A DNA stretch of 64,000 nt from Patescibacteria group bacterium UBA6532 (lineage in GTDB: Bacteria > Patescibacteriota > Minisyncoccia > Minisyncoccales > UBA6532): contig DJKW01000004.1 in the NCBI GenBank assembly GCA_002434805.1, positions 11,936 through 75,935 on the forward strand, in the 5' to 3' direction. The position numbers and the translations under genes are program-made. Below are positions 32,256 to 40,525 of the stretch, piece by piece. Each line of letters opens with the position of its first letter. The stretch's first letter is position 1. The notes beneath the pieces are model-generated. The model ran no database searches. It was not told the origin of the DNA and saw only the letters and a list, made by a program, of their open reading frames with translations.

Positions 32256-32396
32256 TTTAATTAATTTTAATTGAATTTAATTTATTTAATTATAATTTCT
32301 AACGTCGCTATCGACCCTCCTATCATCTTTTGAGTGGTAATAATTATTTAGACGGACTAGTCCAACACTCAAAAAACGACGGACAACGACTATTTT

Positions 32397-33134
32397 TTAA
32401 TTAATATTTTGTAAAAGCAGAATGTTTATTAGAGCTTGAGAATAATCTCCTGCTTCATTGTCTTCCTGGGCTCTTAATAAAAATTCCTGCTGGCCTTCGG
32501 TTAAAGTTCTATCCTCTAAATACCTGATTTCTCTTTCCACTAGCTGGGCTAAGGCACTATCGTATTCATCTGTATCTCCAAGCACTATTCCTAATGCTTC
32601 TACCTTTTTCTTATTTTCATCTAATTTCTGGGTTTCTGAAACAATTTCCTGAATAATAATTGGGGCAGAAGAAGTGGTAGCTTCCATTTGAGTCAAGTTT
32701 TTTGCGGCTTCAGAAATGCTTATCTGGAATTCCCTAATGGTCGGGGCAAGATTTTCCACCTGGTTAGATGTAGCGATCTTATCCAATTCTTCTAATCTCT
32801 TATTGGCTATCTCAAGATGAATTTTAGTTTTTTGGTTTTCTGGAGAAAGAGTAACCTGGGCGCTTTCGGTCATTTTCTTAACTGAATAGAGAAAATCGCC
32901 AGGAACAGTAGACTGGGCAAAACCAAAGGTTAATCCAAAAATTACCATAAAGAGCAAAACCGGCGTTGCAAAAGCTGGCTTCCATTTAAGTAAAAGCACA
33001 TCCATTATTGAAACACTTTCTGGCTGATAACTCTCTTTTCCCAGGATCTGTTTTTTAGTTAAAACAACCCAGTTTTCTCTGGGTTTGATCTGACGAAGTT
33101 CCTTTAAATTTTTAATAATGTCGTTCTCGATCAT
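32397..33134 (-). CDS. Single-pass membrane protein, anti-sigma-factor-like (DUF5667-like)
   Basis: 245 aa, TM PAFATPVLLFMVIFGLTFGFA, followed by PGDFLYSVKKMTESAQV...IHLEIANKRLEEL. Lies directly downstream of the ECF sigma gene. Confidence 0.55.
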   Translation of the reverse strand: MIENDIIKNLKELRQIKPRENWVVLTKKQILGKESYQPESVSIMDVLLLKWKPAFATPVLLFMVIFGLTFGFAQSTVPGDFLYSVKKMTESAQVTLSPENQKTKIHLEIANKRLEELDKIATSNQVENLAPTIREFQISISEAAKNLTQMEATTSSAPIIIQEIVSETQKLDENKKKVEALGIVLGDTDEYDSALAQLVEREIRYLEDRTLTEGQQEFLLRAQEDNEAGDYSQALINILLLQNIN

Positions 33135-33168
33135 CTCTATTAATTATGACGGAAAAAGAGGGATTTTA

Positions 33169-33672
33169 TTACACCCTCTCTAATTTAGCTTTAAGGGCTT
33201 TCATAGCCCGATGAATGGTCACTCTTACTGCTTCCTCTGACTTATTAAGCATTTTAGCTATTTCTGGTACAGAAAGATCGTCTATATAGCGCCAGACAAT
33301 AACTTCTTGATATTCTTCTTTTATCTTAACCAAGGCTTCTTTTACTTGTTCAAAATCAGATGTCAGCATAGCTTTCTCCTCTAAACTAGTATCGGGATTA
33401 GCTATGGAAGCGTATTCAACCGATACAAATTGGGCTTGTCCTTTCTCTCTATAATGATCAGTGGTTAAATTACGGGCGATTTGATAAAGAAAAGCTTGAA
33501 TATTCTTAATTTCCTTTTTTTGGCTCTTAAAAGCCTGCCAGCCGCGTAAAAAAGCCTCTGAAGTCAAATCTTCAGCTATTTCAGGAGAATTAACCTTTAA
33601 AAAGATAAATCTATAGATCTTGTCTATATATTTATCGTAAATGTCACTAAAAGCTTTTTGAGATTTATCCAT
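33169..33672 (-). CDS. ECF-type sigma-70 family RNA polymerase sigma factor
   Basis: 167 aa. Region 2 (IYRFIFLKV...AEDLTSEAFLRGW) and region 4 (DLSVPEIAKMLNKSEEAVRVTIHRAMKALK). Confidence 0.85.
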   Translation of the reverse strand: MDKSQKAFSDIYDKYIDKIYRFIFLKVNSPEIAEDLTSEAFLRGWQAFKSQKKEIKNIQAFLYQIARNLTTDHYREKGQAQFVSVEYASIANPDTSLEEKAMLTSDFEQVKEALVKIKEEYQEVIVWRYIDDLSVPEIAKMLNKSEEAVRVTIHRAMKALKAKLERV

Positions 33673-33737
33673 TGTAATAAATTAAGAAAACGCGACAATT
33701 AACCTAGAAATGCGACATATACATATATTATATATGT

Positions 33738-34313
33738 CTATGTCCTATTTATAGCATAGTAACAGGTACCCCGGCCATTGCCTTTTCTTTCCATTGATCC
33801 TACCTGAACCAAGCTTTCAAGATCTCGAAGCAGAGTCCGTCTGTTCAGTTGAGGGAAAACTTTGAGCAAATCGCCTACTTTCACCTTTCCGCTTCCATTG
33901 GAAATATTTAAAATCTTTTCCTTTCTTAAACCAGAATTAATCCTATTATTACTAGCACTCCTATCTTCTTGTTTTCTAATACCAAATTCTGGTGACAGAA
34001 GCTTGCTTTTCAATTCTTGAGATATCTTATCATACTCTTTCTTTAAAACCAAGAAGTTCTGGGGATTTATCCGTTGAGAAGATTCAGCTGAGTCAAAATA
34101 GCTGGTTAACTTAGCTATTTCTTTTAAAATTTGTGGGGTAATGCTTTCTCTCTGAGAAAAGCTTAATATTGGATTTCCATAAGAAAGCAAAATAAGGCCA
34201 GCTAAAATATTCTTGGCTGACTCCTCAATTCTTTGTTTTGTCTCTTTTTCTGGTAAAAGTTCCAAGACCCTAAAAAGAGCAAAAGTAAGTTTTATATATT
34301 GGTCTTTGTCCAT
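33738..34313 (-). CDS. Putative DNA-binding protein with C-terminal winged-helix/DeoR-like HTH
   Basis: C-terminus VGDLLKVFPQLNRRTLLRDLESLVQVGSMERKGNGRGTCY; helical N-terminal half. Confidence 0.5.
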   Translation of the reverse strand: MDKDQYIKLTFALFRVLELLPEKETKQRIEESAKNILAGLILLSYGNPILSFSQRESITPQILKEIAKLTSYFDSAESSQRINPQNFLVLKKEYDKISQELKSKLLSPEFGIRKQEDRSASNNRINSGLRKEKILNISNGSGKVKVGDLLKVFPQLNRRTLLRDLESLVQVGSMERKGNGRGTCYYAINRT

Positions 34314-34450
34314 AAAGGTTTTATTGAAATAAAAAGCCCTATCTCTTTCTTAAAGAATAAGGCAATCCTCGTTAATTCAATTTAACTGGCAAGAATAGTC
34401 CACATTTAATCATTTTAAAATAACAACATATTATGTCAAGTTAAAAACTA

Positions 34451-34501
34451 TTCCCGGAACAGTTTTCCACAACTTATCCCGGACACGAGTTTTCCACAAC
34501 T
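34451..34501. repeat. Two adjacent direct repeats (24 and 27 nt), each containing TTTTCCACA
   Basis: ttcccggaacagttttccacaact (34451-34474) and tatcccggacacgagttttccacaact (34475-34501). TTTTCCACA matches the relaxed DnaA-box consensus TTWTNCACA. Confidence 0.85.
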
Positions 34502-34548
34502 CTACTAAAGACAGGGGATCGTAAACAACGTTAGAACCTGTTTTACTT

Positions 34549-34575
34549 TAAAAAAAGGCTGAGAGTTAACTCAGC
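34549..34575 (-). terminator. Intrinsic terminator after the Doc-like gene
   Basis: Stem gctgag/ctcagc (34558-34563 / 34570-34575), 6-nt loop, followed by a T7 run on the minus strand. Overlaps the stop codon. Confidence 0.7.
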
Positions 34576-35059
34576 TTTTAATAAATGGGACAACTTGTAG
34601 TCGTCGTATCAGTTCTTCTTGAGTTTCCCATGTTCCGAATTGTCCGCCAAACATAATACGGAATAGTTTAACGAGCTCTTTCCTGGGTATTTCTTCTATT
34701 AGATTACTTCGTATTGCACGGTGGAAATTATATCCTGTCTGTATTACCTCACCTATGGTAATCCCATTCTCCCTGAACCAATTCGCAATTCCTTCTGGAA
34801 GATCAATCTCTGTCTTTATCATTTTATTATCCATTCTCTTATTACCATCTATAAAAATATGCCCTTGATTTACTGACCGCAAATAAAAAGAAGCTTTCAA
34901 AAATACACTTGGATAAAGCTCTTGTCCAAAAACGCTTTGAGCGGGCTGTGTTTCTAGCATTAAAAGAGCGTGTTCATTTAACACGCCCCCTAAACCACCT
35001 GTCTTTGTTATAATTTCATCGTGTATTTTTATAATTTCTTCCCTGGATAAATAATACAT
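34571..35059 (-). CDS. Doc/Fic-family toxin-like protein, chimeric (motif retained, C-terminal half unrelated)
   Basis: The N-terminal 76 aa look like death-on-curing proteins (REEIIKIHDEIITKTGG...HIFIDGNKR, the Doc-type Fic motif). From the residue after the motif the sequence (MDNKMIKTEIDLPEG...) no longer resembles Doc. Confidence 0.6.
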   Translation of the reverse strand: MYYLSREEIIKIHDEIITKTGGLGGVLNEHALLMLETQPAQSVFGQELYPSVFLKASFYLRSVNQGHIFIDGNKRMDNKMIKTEIDLPEGIANWFRENGITIGEVIQTGYNFHRAIRSNLIEEIPRKELVKLFRIMFGGQFGTWETQEELIRRLQVVPFIKS

Positions 35060-35069
35060 AATTTACGTA

Positions 35070-35196
35070 TTATTTATTCGCAAGAGACCTAAAAGCTTTT
35101 TTATGTTTTTCTATAAAATCTGATGTTTCTTTTCTGACATCAAATTCGTAATCCTTGTAAAAAAAACGAGCTCGTTGTGTTATTAACCCTCATCAT
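35070..35196 (-). pseudogene. Possible frameshifted mini-ORF upstream of the Doc-like gene (decayed antitoxin?)
   Basis: ATGATG at 35196 opens an 18-codon frame that ends at TGA 35140-35142. A different frame continues ...FFYKDYEFDVRKETSDFIEKHKKAFRSLANK* to 35070, 10 nt before the Doc start. The frames meet in a T8 tract (plus-strand A8, 35159-35166). Confidence 0.25.
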
Positions 35197-35267
35197 TGTG
35201 AAACTTCTCCACAAATTTGGTTTTTTTGTTTTTATAGTTTTAGTTCCTATTGATTTAGTAATCAAGT

Positions 35268-35642
35268 TCATAATTTAGATGTTTGTTTTAATAAATTTAA
35301 ATTGATATCCGTAGTTAACTTTTCTTTATCAGCAATCGCTTTTATTGTATAAGTGCCAGGCTCAGGAAAAACGACATCATAAAAATTAGCAATAAAGCGA
35401 TGACTTATTCCAGTTAAAGCCTCTTTATCAACAGCAGCTAATTCTTTATTACCTTTCATAATAGAAATTTTAAAATAGTGTTTCCCCGCTATACCCTGTG
35501 TAATAAGACTAACTGTTAATTCTTTGTGTTTAGCTGGAAAAGTAAAAGCACCTATTGAATCAAAAACACCCTCTATAGTAATGTTTTTTGTATCGTCATT
35601 AACACTTACTTTATTTGAAACAAGAAGGGATAAGATTTTCAT
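35268..35642 (-). CDS. Hypothetical protein (124 aa, predicted beta-rich)
   Basis: Clean ORF with ATG start and its own flanking non-coding regions. No motif recognised. Confidence 0.5.
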   Translation of the reverse strand: MKILSLLVSNKVSVNDDTKNITIEGVFDSIGAFTFPAKHKELTVSLITQGIAGKHYFKISIMKGNKELAAVDKEALTGISHRFIANFYDVVFPEPGTYTIKAIADKEKLTTDINLNLLKQTSKL

Positions 35643-35747
35643 ACTTTTAATTTATTATATAAGTAAACAGTTAACAAGTGATAATATCTTACAACTATCT
35701 CACAATCTATGTTGGGAGACATCTTAATACTTGAGGTATGATTTAGT

Positions 35748-35785
35748 TTAAAATAAATAAAATGCCATTTCTAGAGAAATGGCAT
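35748..35785 (-). terminator. Intrinsic terminator after the PP2C gene
   Basis: 10-bp stem atgccatttc/gaaatggcat (35762-35771 / 35776-35785), 4-nt loop, then TTTTATTTATTTT on the minus strand. Confidence 0.8.
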
Positions 35786-35791
35786 AAATCT

Positions 35792-36538
35792 TTAGTTTAG
35801 TGAAAGAACTATAATAGTGAGATCATCTTTGGCGCTATGGTTATTGAAAACTTCTTCTTTAAGAGCTTTGGCGATTTTTTCAGGATCTTTAAATTTTCTA
35901 GCAATTTCAGCTACTTCGTTTTTATTTAATTTGTCAAAGAGTCCGTCTGAAGCTGTGATTAAGAATAAATCATTTTTAGATATCTTATGACTCCCGGTAG
36001 TTGGCCTGGCGATTATCCCAACTTCTTTAAAGCATGGGTCTCCTATTGTCCTTGTTGGCATTAATCCATTCGCTCCCCGATAAACATAAGGGTCGTTGTC
36101 ATGAATTTCCCCACCCATTTCTTTTATTCTGTCTCTTTCTTTAGTGTTGCTAAGACGGTGATTGGTGGTAAGCTGGCAAACAGTGTCTTTTTGCACAATA
36201 ATGATTTCTACATCACCGACATTTGCAAAATGTATTTTTTTGTTTTTTATAAAAAAGTTTGCGGCGCAGGATCCAGAATCTTGATGATTTAATTCCTCGG
36301 AAATTGACTCGTAACTATTTGTAAAAGCATCGGCAATAGAAGGAAAGCGGTATAAGAAGTAGAAAAATCTTCCATGGAAACTCTTGGCAAGATGTTGAGC
36401 TGCTATTTCTCCCCGATGTCCATTATAAACCCCGCCAACAATCCATCTCCCTTGTTTGCCAAAATTCAGGTCAAGAAAACAGGTATCTTCCATATGATAA
36501 TTTCTTTTACCTTGTTCTATTACAACAGCTGATTTCAT
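35792..36538 (-). CDS. PP2C-family Ser/Thr protein phosphatase
   Basis: HMEDT, GVYNGHRG, ITASDGLFD and DDLTIIVL motifs. Start moved from TTG 36562 to ATG 36538. Confidence 0.8.
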   Translation of the reverse strand: MKSAVVIEQGKRNYHMEDTCFLDLNFGKQGRWIVGGVYNGHRGEIAAQHLAKSFHGRFFYFLYRFPSIADAFTNSYESISEELNHQDSGSCAANFFIKNKKIHFANVGDVEIIIVQKDTVCQLTTNHRLSNTKERDRIKEMGGEIHDNDPYVYRGANGLMPTRTIGDPCFKEVGIIARPTTGSHKISKNDLFLITASDGLFDKLNKNEVAEIARKFKDPEKIAKALKEEVFNNHSAKDDLTIIVLSLN

Positions 36539-36582
36539 ATATTTACTTTTTAAAAGAACCAATTAAGATATTTTATCCACTC

Positions 36583-36623
36583 TCTAAAAAAAAGTCAAAC
36601 GCCCCGTTTTAAATCGGGACGTT
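36583..36623 (-). terminator. Intrinsic terminator after the clpB operon
   Basis: Stem aacgccccg/cgggacgtt (36598-36606 / 36615-36623, one mismatch), 8-nt loop, T8 run 4 nt downstream on the minus strand. Confidence 0.6.
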
Positions 36624-36652
36624 ATTATTGAATATGGGAAAGTAAGCCTGGC

Positions 36653-37006
36653 TTAGTTTTTTAGTTTTACCTCTATTTCTTCAGAAAAAGCTAAATATCC
36701 CCAGCCAACTAAATTGGCAAAAGGAACTACCATAACAATTCCTATCCACCAGGGCTTTTTTAAAAGTTTGGAAATTTCAACAAAAATTATTAGGCTGGCG
36801 ATAATATTTACGATCGGAATTAAAAGAAGAATAACCCACCACCAGGGCTTTTTAACAATCTTAGTCATCAAATAATAATTTACGATTAGAACCCAGGCAT
36901 ACCAATCTTTAGTAGTATTAGTCTTTCTAGCTACCACCATTAAGCAGTAAGCAACCCAGATATAAATTGCAATTGCAGCTAAAAATTGATACATGTTAAA
37001 ATCCAA
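36653..37006 (-). CDS. Small integral membrane protein with duplicated KKPWW motif
   Basis: 117 aa, 3-4 hydrophobic spans. KKPWWWVILLLIPIVN and KKPWWIGIVMVVPFAN. Confidence 0.6.
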   Translation of the reverse strand: MDFNMYQFLAAIAIYIWVAYCLMVVARKTNTTKDWYAWVLIVNYYLMTKIVKKPWWWVILLLIPIVNIIASLIIFVEISKLLKKPWWIGIVMVVPFANLVGWGYLAFSEEIEVKLKN

Positions 37007-37742
37007 CGAAATCTTTTATTTTTTTAACGGAAATAGCGCTTACCTTGCCCATTTCATCAATTAAACTCAAACCGACCACGTCTCCTTTAATATCAAAAAG
37101 AGGACTGCCCTTCAATTCTTTTTCTTCTAAGATATTAGTTTGAAGAAAATCTTTGTTAAAACTTTTAATAATCCCCTCATTTGCCGTTTTTAGTCCTTGA
37201 GAAAGCAAAGTTTTAGTTGAAGTAGCCTCGCTCTCTTCAAAAACAACTCCCATAAGAAAAACCCTCTCTCCTATTTTTATTGTATTAAAATCAGCAAAAG
37301 CAACAGTAGGCAAGCCAGATGCCTCGACTTTTACTAAAGCTAAATTATTTTTAACGTCTCTCTTTAAAACCTGCCAAGACGGCCATTTCCCTTCCAATAA
37401 GAAATAGAAATCAGAACCTATGGGCAAGAGGTCGTTTAAAGTAACCAATAAACCGTCTGACGTTATAATAAGTCCGGAACCTTGAAGAACTTCTCCGTTT
37501 TTCTTTTCGCTTTTAATCCCTACGACCACGCCCTTTACTTTTTCCAACGATTCTTCCAAAGCAGTATTTTCCTGAATGGTTACTTCTTTTCTCTCTGTAA
37601 TATAAACTGGGCTCTGTTCTAGTCTGTATTCATAAAAAAGCGGCCTCTCTATGAAATAGGGCCAAAGAATCTGATCGGCAAAGATACCGCCAACTGTTCC
37701 GATAATAAAAATAGCGATGACTTTAAAAATATTTCTCAACAC
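36996..37742 (-). CDS. Membrane-anchored trypsin/HtrA-like domain protein, catalytic triad apparently degenerate
   Basis: GSGLIITSDGLLVTLNDLL (expected TNxHV, His absent), NLALVKVE (Asp region present), LKGSPLFDIKGDVVGL (expected GNSGGPL, Ser position not conserved). Confidence 0.55.
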   Translation of the reverse strand: MLRNIFKVIAIFIIGTVGGIFADQILWPYFIERPLFYEYRLEQSPVYITERKEVTIQENTALEESLEKVKGVVVGIKSEKKNGEVLQGSGLIITSDGLLVTLNDLLPIGSDFYFLLEGKWPSWQVLKRDVKNNLALVKVEASGLPTVAFADFNTIKIGERVFLMGVVFEESEATSTKTLLSQGLKTANEGIIKSFNKDFLQTNILEEKELKGSPLFDIKGDVVGLSLIDEMGKVSAISVKKIKDFVGF

Positions 37743-37743
37743 T

Positions 37744-40464
37744 TTATTTCGCCAGAAGTTTTTCTGGCTTTTTTTGTTTTCCTATTTTCCCGACTAAATC
37801 CCTAGTACTCTTAAATACAATTTTATTATGCTCAACATCAACCATAATGTTTTCTCCTTCCTGAACTTCGCCCCGGACAATCTTTAAAGCTAAAGGATCT
37901 AAAACCATTTTCTGGATTACTCTTTTTAATGGTCTTGCTCCTAAATTCCTGTCAAAACCGCGCTCAGCTAAAAAATCTTTGGCTCCGGAAGAAACCTTAA
38001 TTTCCACTTTTTTAGTCAAGAGGCGATCAACTACTTTTTTTAACTCCAATTCAACTATCTTTTTGATTTCTGGCTTACCGAGATGGTTGAAGATAATAAT
38101 TTCGTCAATTCGGTTGAGGAATTCCGGTCGGAACTGTTCTTTTAATACCTCCATTACTTTTTCTCTTAAATCCCCCCGAACCTGTTCTTCTTTCCCTCCC
38201 AAAAATCCCAAAGACCCCATTTTAGCAATGTATTCTGAACCAATATTAGAAGTCATAATCAAAATGGCGTTTTTAAATGAAGCTATTCTCCCTTTGGCAT
38301 CTGTTAATCGGCCGTCTTCTAAAATCTGCAAAAGAATATTGAAAACTTCGGGATTAGCTTTTTCTATCTCATCAAGTAAGATGACGCTATATGGCCTTCG
38401 CCGAACCTTTTCTGTTAATTGGCCTCCTTCTTCGTGGCCAACGTAACCGGGAGGAGAACCTATCATTTTAGAAACAGTGTGCTTTTCCATATATTCTGAC
38501 ATATCCAGTCTTATCAAAGCGTTTTGGTCATTGAATAAAAAGTTGGCCAGAGCCCGGGCAGTTTCTGTTTTTCCAACCCCGGTTGGACCCAAAAACAAGA
38601 AAGAGCCCATTGGCCGATTTTCTTCGGCAATGCCAGCCCGCGATCTGCGAATAGCATTGGATATGGCGACAATTGCTTCTTTTTGGCCGATTACCCGCCA
38701 GGAAACAATATCTTCCATCTTCTCTAATTTCTTCGCTTCAGCTTCCATCAACCTTGTTATGGGAATTCCTGTCCAACGGGAAACAACTTGGGCCACCTCT
38801 TCTTCAGTCACCTGCTCTTTAAGAATTTTGTGCTTTTTCTGAAAACGCACTAATTCTTTTTCTGTTTTTTTAACCTCTTTTAGAATCTCTGGAATTTTTC
38901 CATATTTAATTTCAGCCACCTTCTGAAGGTCAGCTTCTCTTTCGGCAACTTCAGCCTGAAATGTAAATTGGTCCAATTCTTTTTTAAAACCTCTAATTTT
39001 TTGAATTAAGTCTCGCTCCGTTTTCCACCTCAACTCAATTACCTTGAGTTTTTCTTTTAAATCAGCTAAAGAACGGTTAATAACAGTCATCCTTCTTTTT
39101 GAAGCTGTTTTCTTTTCTTTTTTAAGAGCCTCTTTTTCAATTTCTAATCTTTGAATCTCTCTTTTTAACTCGTCAACCTCTGATGGCTCCGATTCAATTT
39201 CCAGTCTTAAAGAAGAGGCTGCCTCGTCCATTAAGTCAACTGCTTTATCTGGCAGAAACCTGTCTGTAATATATCGAGCGGCCAGATTAGCTGCCTCTAT
39301 TAAGGCTTTATCTAAAATCTTTACCCCGTGATGGGACTCATATTTTTCTTTAAGTCCTCTTAAGATAGCGATAGTATCTTCTACTGATGGTTCTGAAGTA
39401 TAAATTGGCTGGAATCTCCGCTCTAAAGCAGAATCCTTTTCAATGTACTTTTGATATTCCTTTAAGGTGGTCGCTCCAATTGCCTTTAACTCTCCCCGAG
39501 CAAGGGCGGGCTTTAAAAGATTGGAAGCGTCAATGGCGCCTTCAGCTGCTCCAGCTCCGACAAGAGTATGGAGTTCATCAATAAACAAGAGATATTTTCC
39601 ACCCGCTTTGTTGATTTCCCGTAAAAGAGCTTTAATCCTGTCTTCAAATTCCCCACGGTACTTGGTGCCAGCCACCAAAGAACCCAAATCTAAGCTGATA
39701 ATCTCTTTGTCTTTTAAGCTTTCAGGAACTTCTCCTTTAATAATTCTTTGGGCCAAACCCTCAACAATAGCTGTTTTTCCCACTCCAGCTTCTCCGATTA
39801 AAACCGGGTTATTTTTAGTTCTTCGGGAAAGAACCTGCATTAGACGACGAATCTCGTTTTCTCTGCCGATAACAGGATCCAGCTTGCCATTTCTTGCTAA
39901 TTGAGTTAAATTTCTAGCATACTTTTCTATAACTTGATATTTGGATTCTGGCTCGGGATCTGTAATTCGAGCTCCTCCTCGAATCTTAGATAAAATTTCC
40001 AAAGTTTTTCCATAATCTAATTTACCGAACTCCAGGGCGGCCGCCCCTCCCTTGCCACCTTGCAATAAAGTCGCTTTATTTAAAATTTCCTTAGCTTTGG
40101 TTTCTGTATCTAAAAGAGATAAAAACATATGCTCGACGGAAATAAATTCGTCTCCCATTTTTATTGATTCTTGACGAGCCCTGTCTAAAACCTTGGCCAT
40201 ATCTTGGGTAAGGTAAAACTGGCCAAAAGTCTGAGGAGTAGATACAACGGGAATCTTCTCTAAAGATTGTTTTGTTTTCTTTTTCATCCCTTCAATGTCC
40301 ACTCCTAGTTTCTGTAATAAAGTTAAGATTACGCTTTCCTCTTGAGAAAGCAAAGACAAAAGCAGGTGCAGAGCGTCTATTTGCTGCTGCCCTTTTTCCC
40401 TGGCAATATTTTGGGCTCTCAAAATTGCTTCTTGAGCCTTATGAGTAAAATTGCCACCGTTCAT
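37744..40464 (-). CDS. clpB: ATP-dependent chaperone ClpB
   Basis: 906 aa. Clp N-domain, two AAA+ modules ([16 protein letters not shown]) and a long coiled-coil M-domain between them. Confidence 0.95.
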   Translation of the reverse strand: MNGGNFTHKAQEAILRAQNIAREKGQQQIDALHLLLSLLSQEESVILTLLQKLGVDIEGMKKKTKQSLEKIPVVSTPQTFGQFYLTQDMAKVLDRARQESIKMGDEFISVEHMFLSLLDTETKAKEILNKATLLQGGKGGAAALEFGKLDYGKTLEILSKIRGGARITDPEPESKYQVIEKYARNLTQLARNGKLDPVIGRENEIRRLMQVLSRRTKNNPVLIGEAGVGKTAIVEGLAQRIIKGEVPESLKDKEIISLDLGSLVAGTKYRGEFEDRIKALLREINKAGGKYLLFIDELHTLVGAGAAEGAIDASNLLKPALARGELKAIGATTLKEYQKYIEKDSALERRFQPIYTSEPSVEDTIAILRGLKEKYESHHGVKILDKALIEAANLAARYITDRFLPDKAVDLMDEAASSLRLEIESEPSEVDELKREIQRLEIEKEALKKEKKTASKRRMTVINRSLADLKEKLKVIELRWKTERDLIQKIRGFKKELDQFTFQAEVAEREADLQKVAEIKYGKIPEILKEVKKTEKELVRFQKKHKILKEQVTEEEVAQVVSRWTGIPITRLMEAEAKKLEKMEDIVSWRVIGQKEAIVAISNAIRRSRAGIAEENRPMGSFLFLGPTGVGKTETARALANFLFNDQNALIRLDMSEYMEKHTVSKMIGSPPGYVGHEEGGQLTEKVRRRPYSVILLDEIEKANPEVFNILLQILEDGRLTDAKGRIASFKNAILIMTSNIGSEYIAKMGSLGFLGGKEEQVRGDLREKVMEVLKEQFRPEFLNRIDEIIIFNHLGKPEIKKIVELELKKVVDRLLTKKVEIKVSSGAKDFLAERGFDRNLGARPLKRVIQKMVLDPLALKIVRGEVQEGENIMVDVEHNKIVFKSTRDLVGKIGKQKKPEKLLAK

Positions 40465-40499
40465 ATTCTATATTCTAGCAAAAATTTACAAAAAATCAA
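40465..40499 (-). promoter_or_regulatory. Promoter candidate for clpB that would give a leaderless or near-leaderless mRNA
   Basis: Minus strand reads TTGATT (40499-40494), 16-nt spacer, TAGAAT (40477-40472), 7 nt, then ATG (40464). A second TAGAAT abuts the ATG. Confidence 0.4.
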
Positions 40500-40513
40500 G
40501 GAAATCATAGAAT
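40485..40513 (+). promoter_or_regulatory. Promoter candidate for the PEGA-domain gene
   Basis: TTTACA (40485-40490), 17-nt spacer, TAGAAT (40508-40513), 12 nt before ATG 40526. Confidence 0.45.
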
Positions 40514-40525
40514 AAAGACAATAAT

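Noticed and set aside
37979-39904. Antisense ORFs of 65-155 aa opposite clpB. Similar cases: 5354-5713 opposite the radical SAM gene, 55025-55513 opposite galT, and 63161-63818 opposite recG.
   Set aside because: Each is fully contained in a high-confidence conserved gene on the other strand, and none has recognisable protein features.
40491-40507. CtsR- or CIRCE-like heat-shock operator upstream of clpB (direct repeat AAATCA-AGG-AAATCA).
   Set aside because: It matches neither the CtsR heptad consensus (GGTCAAA) nor CIRCE (TTAGCACTC-N9-GAGTGCTAA). It is more simply explained as spacer sequence of the plus-strand promoter.
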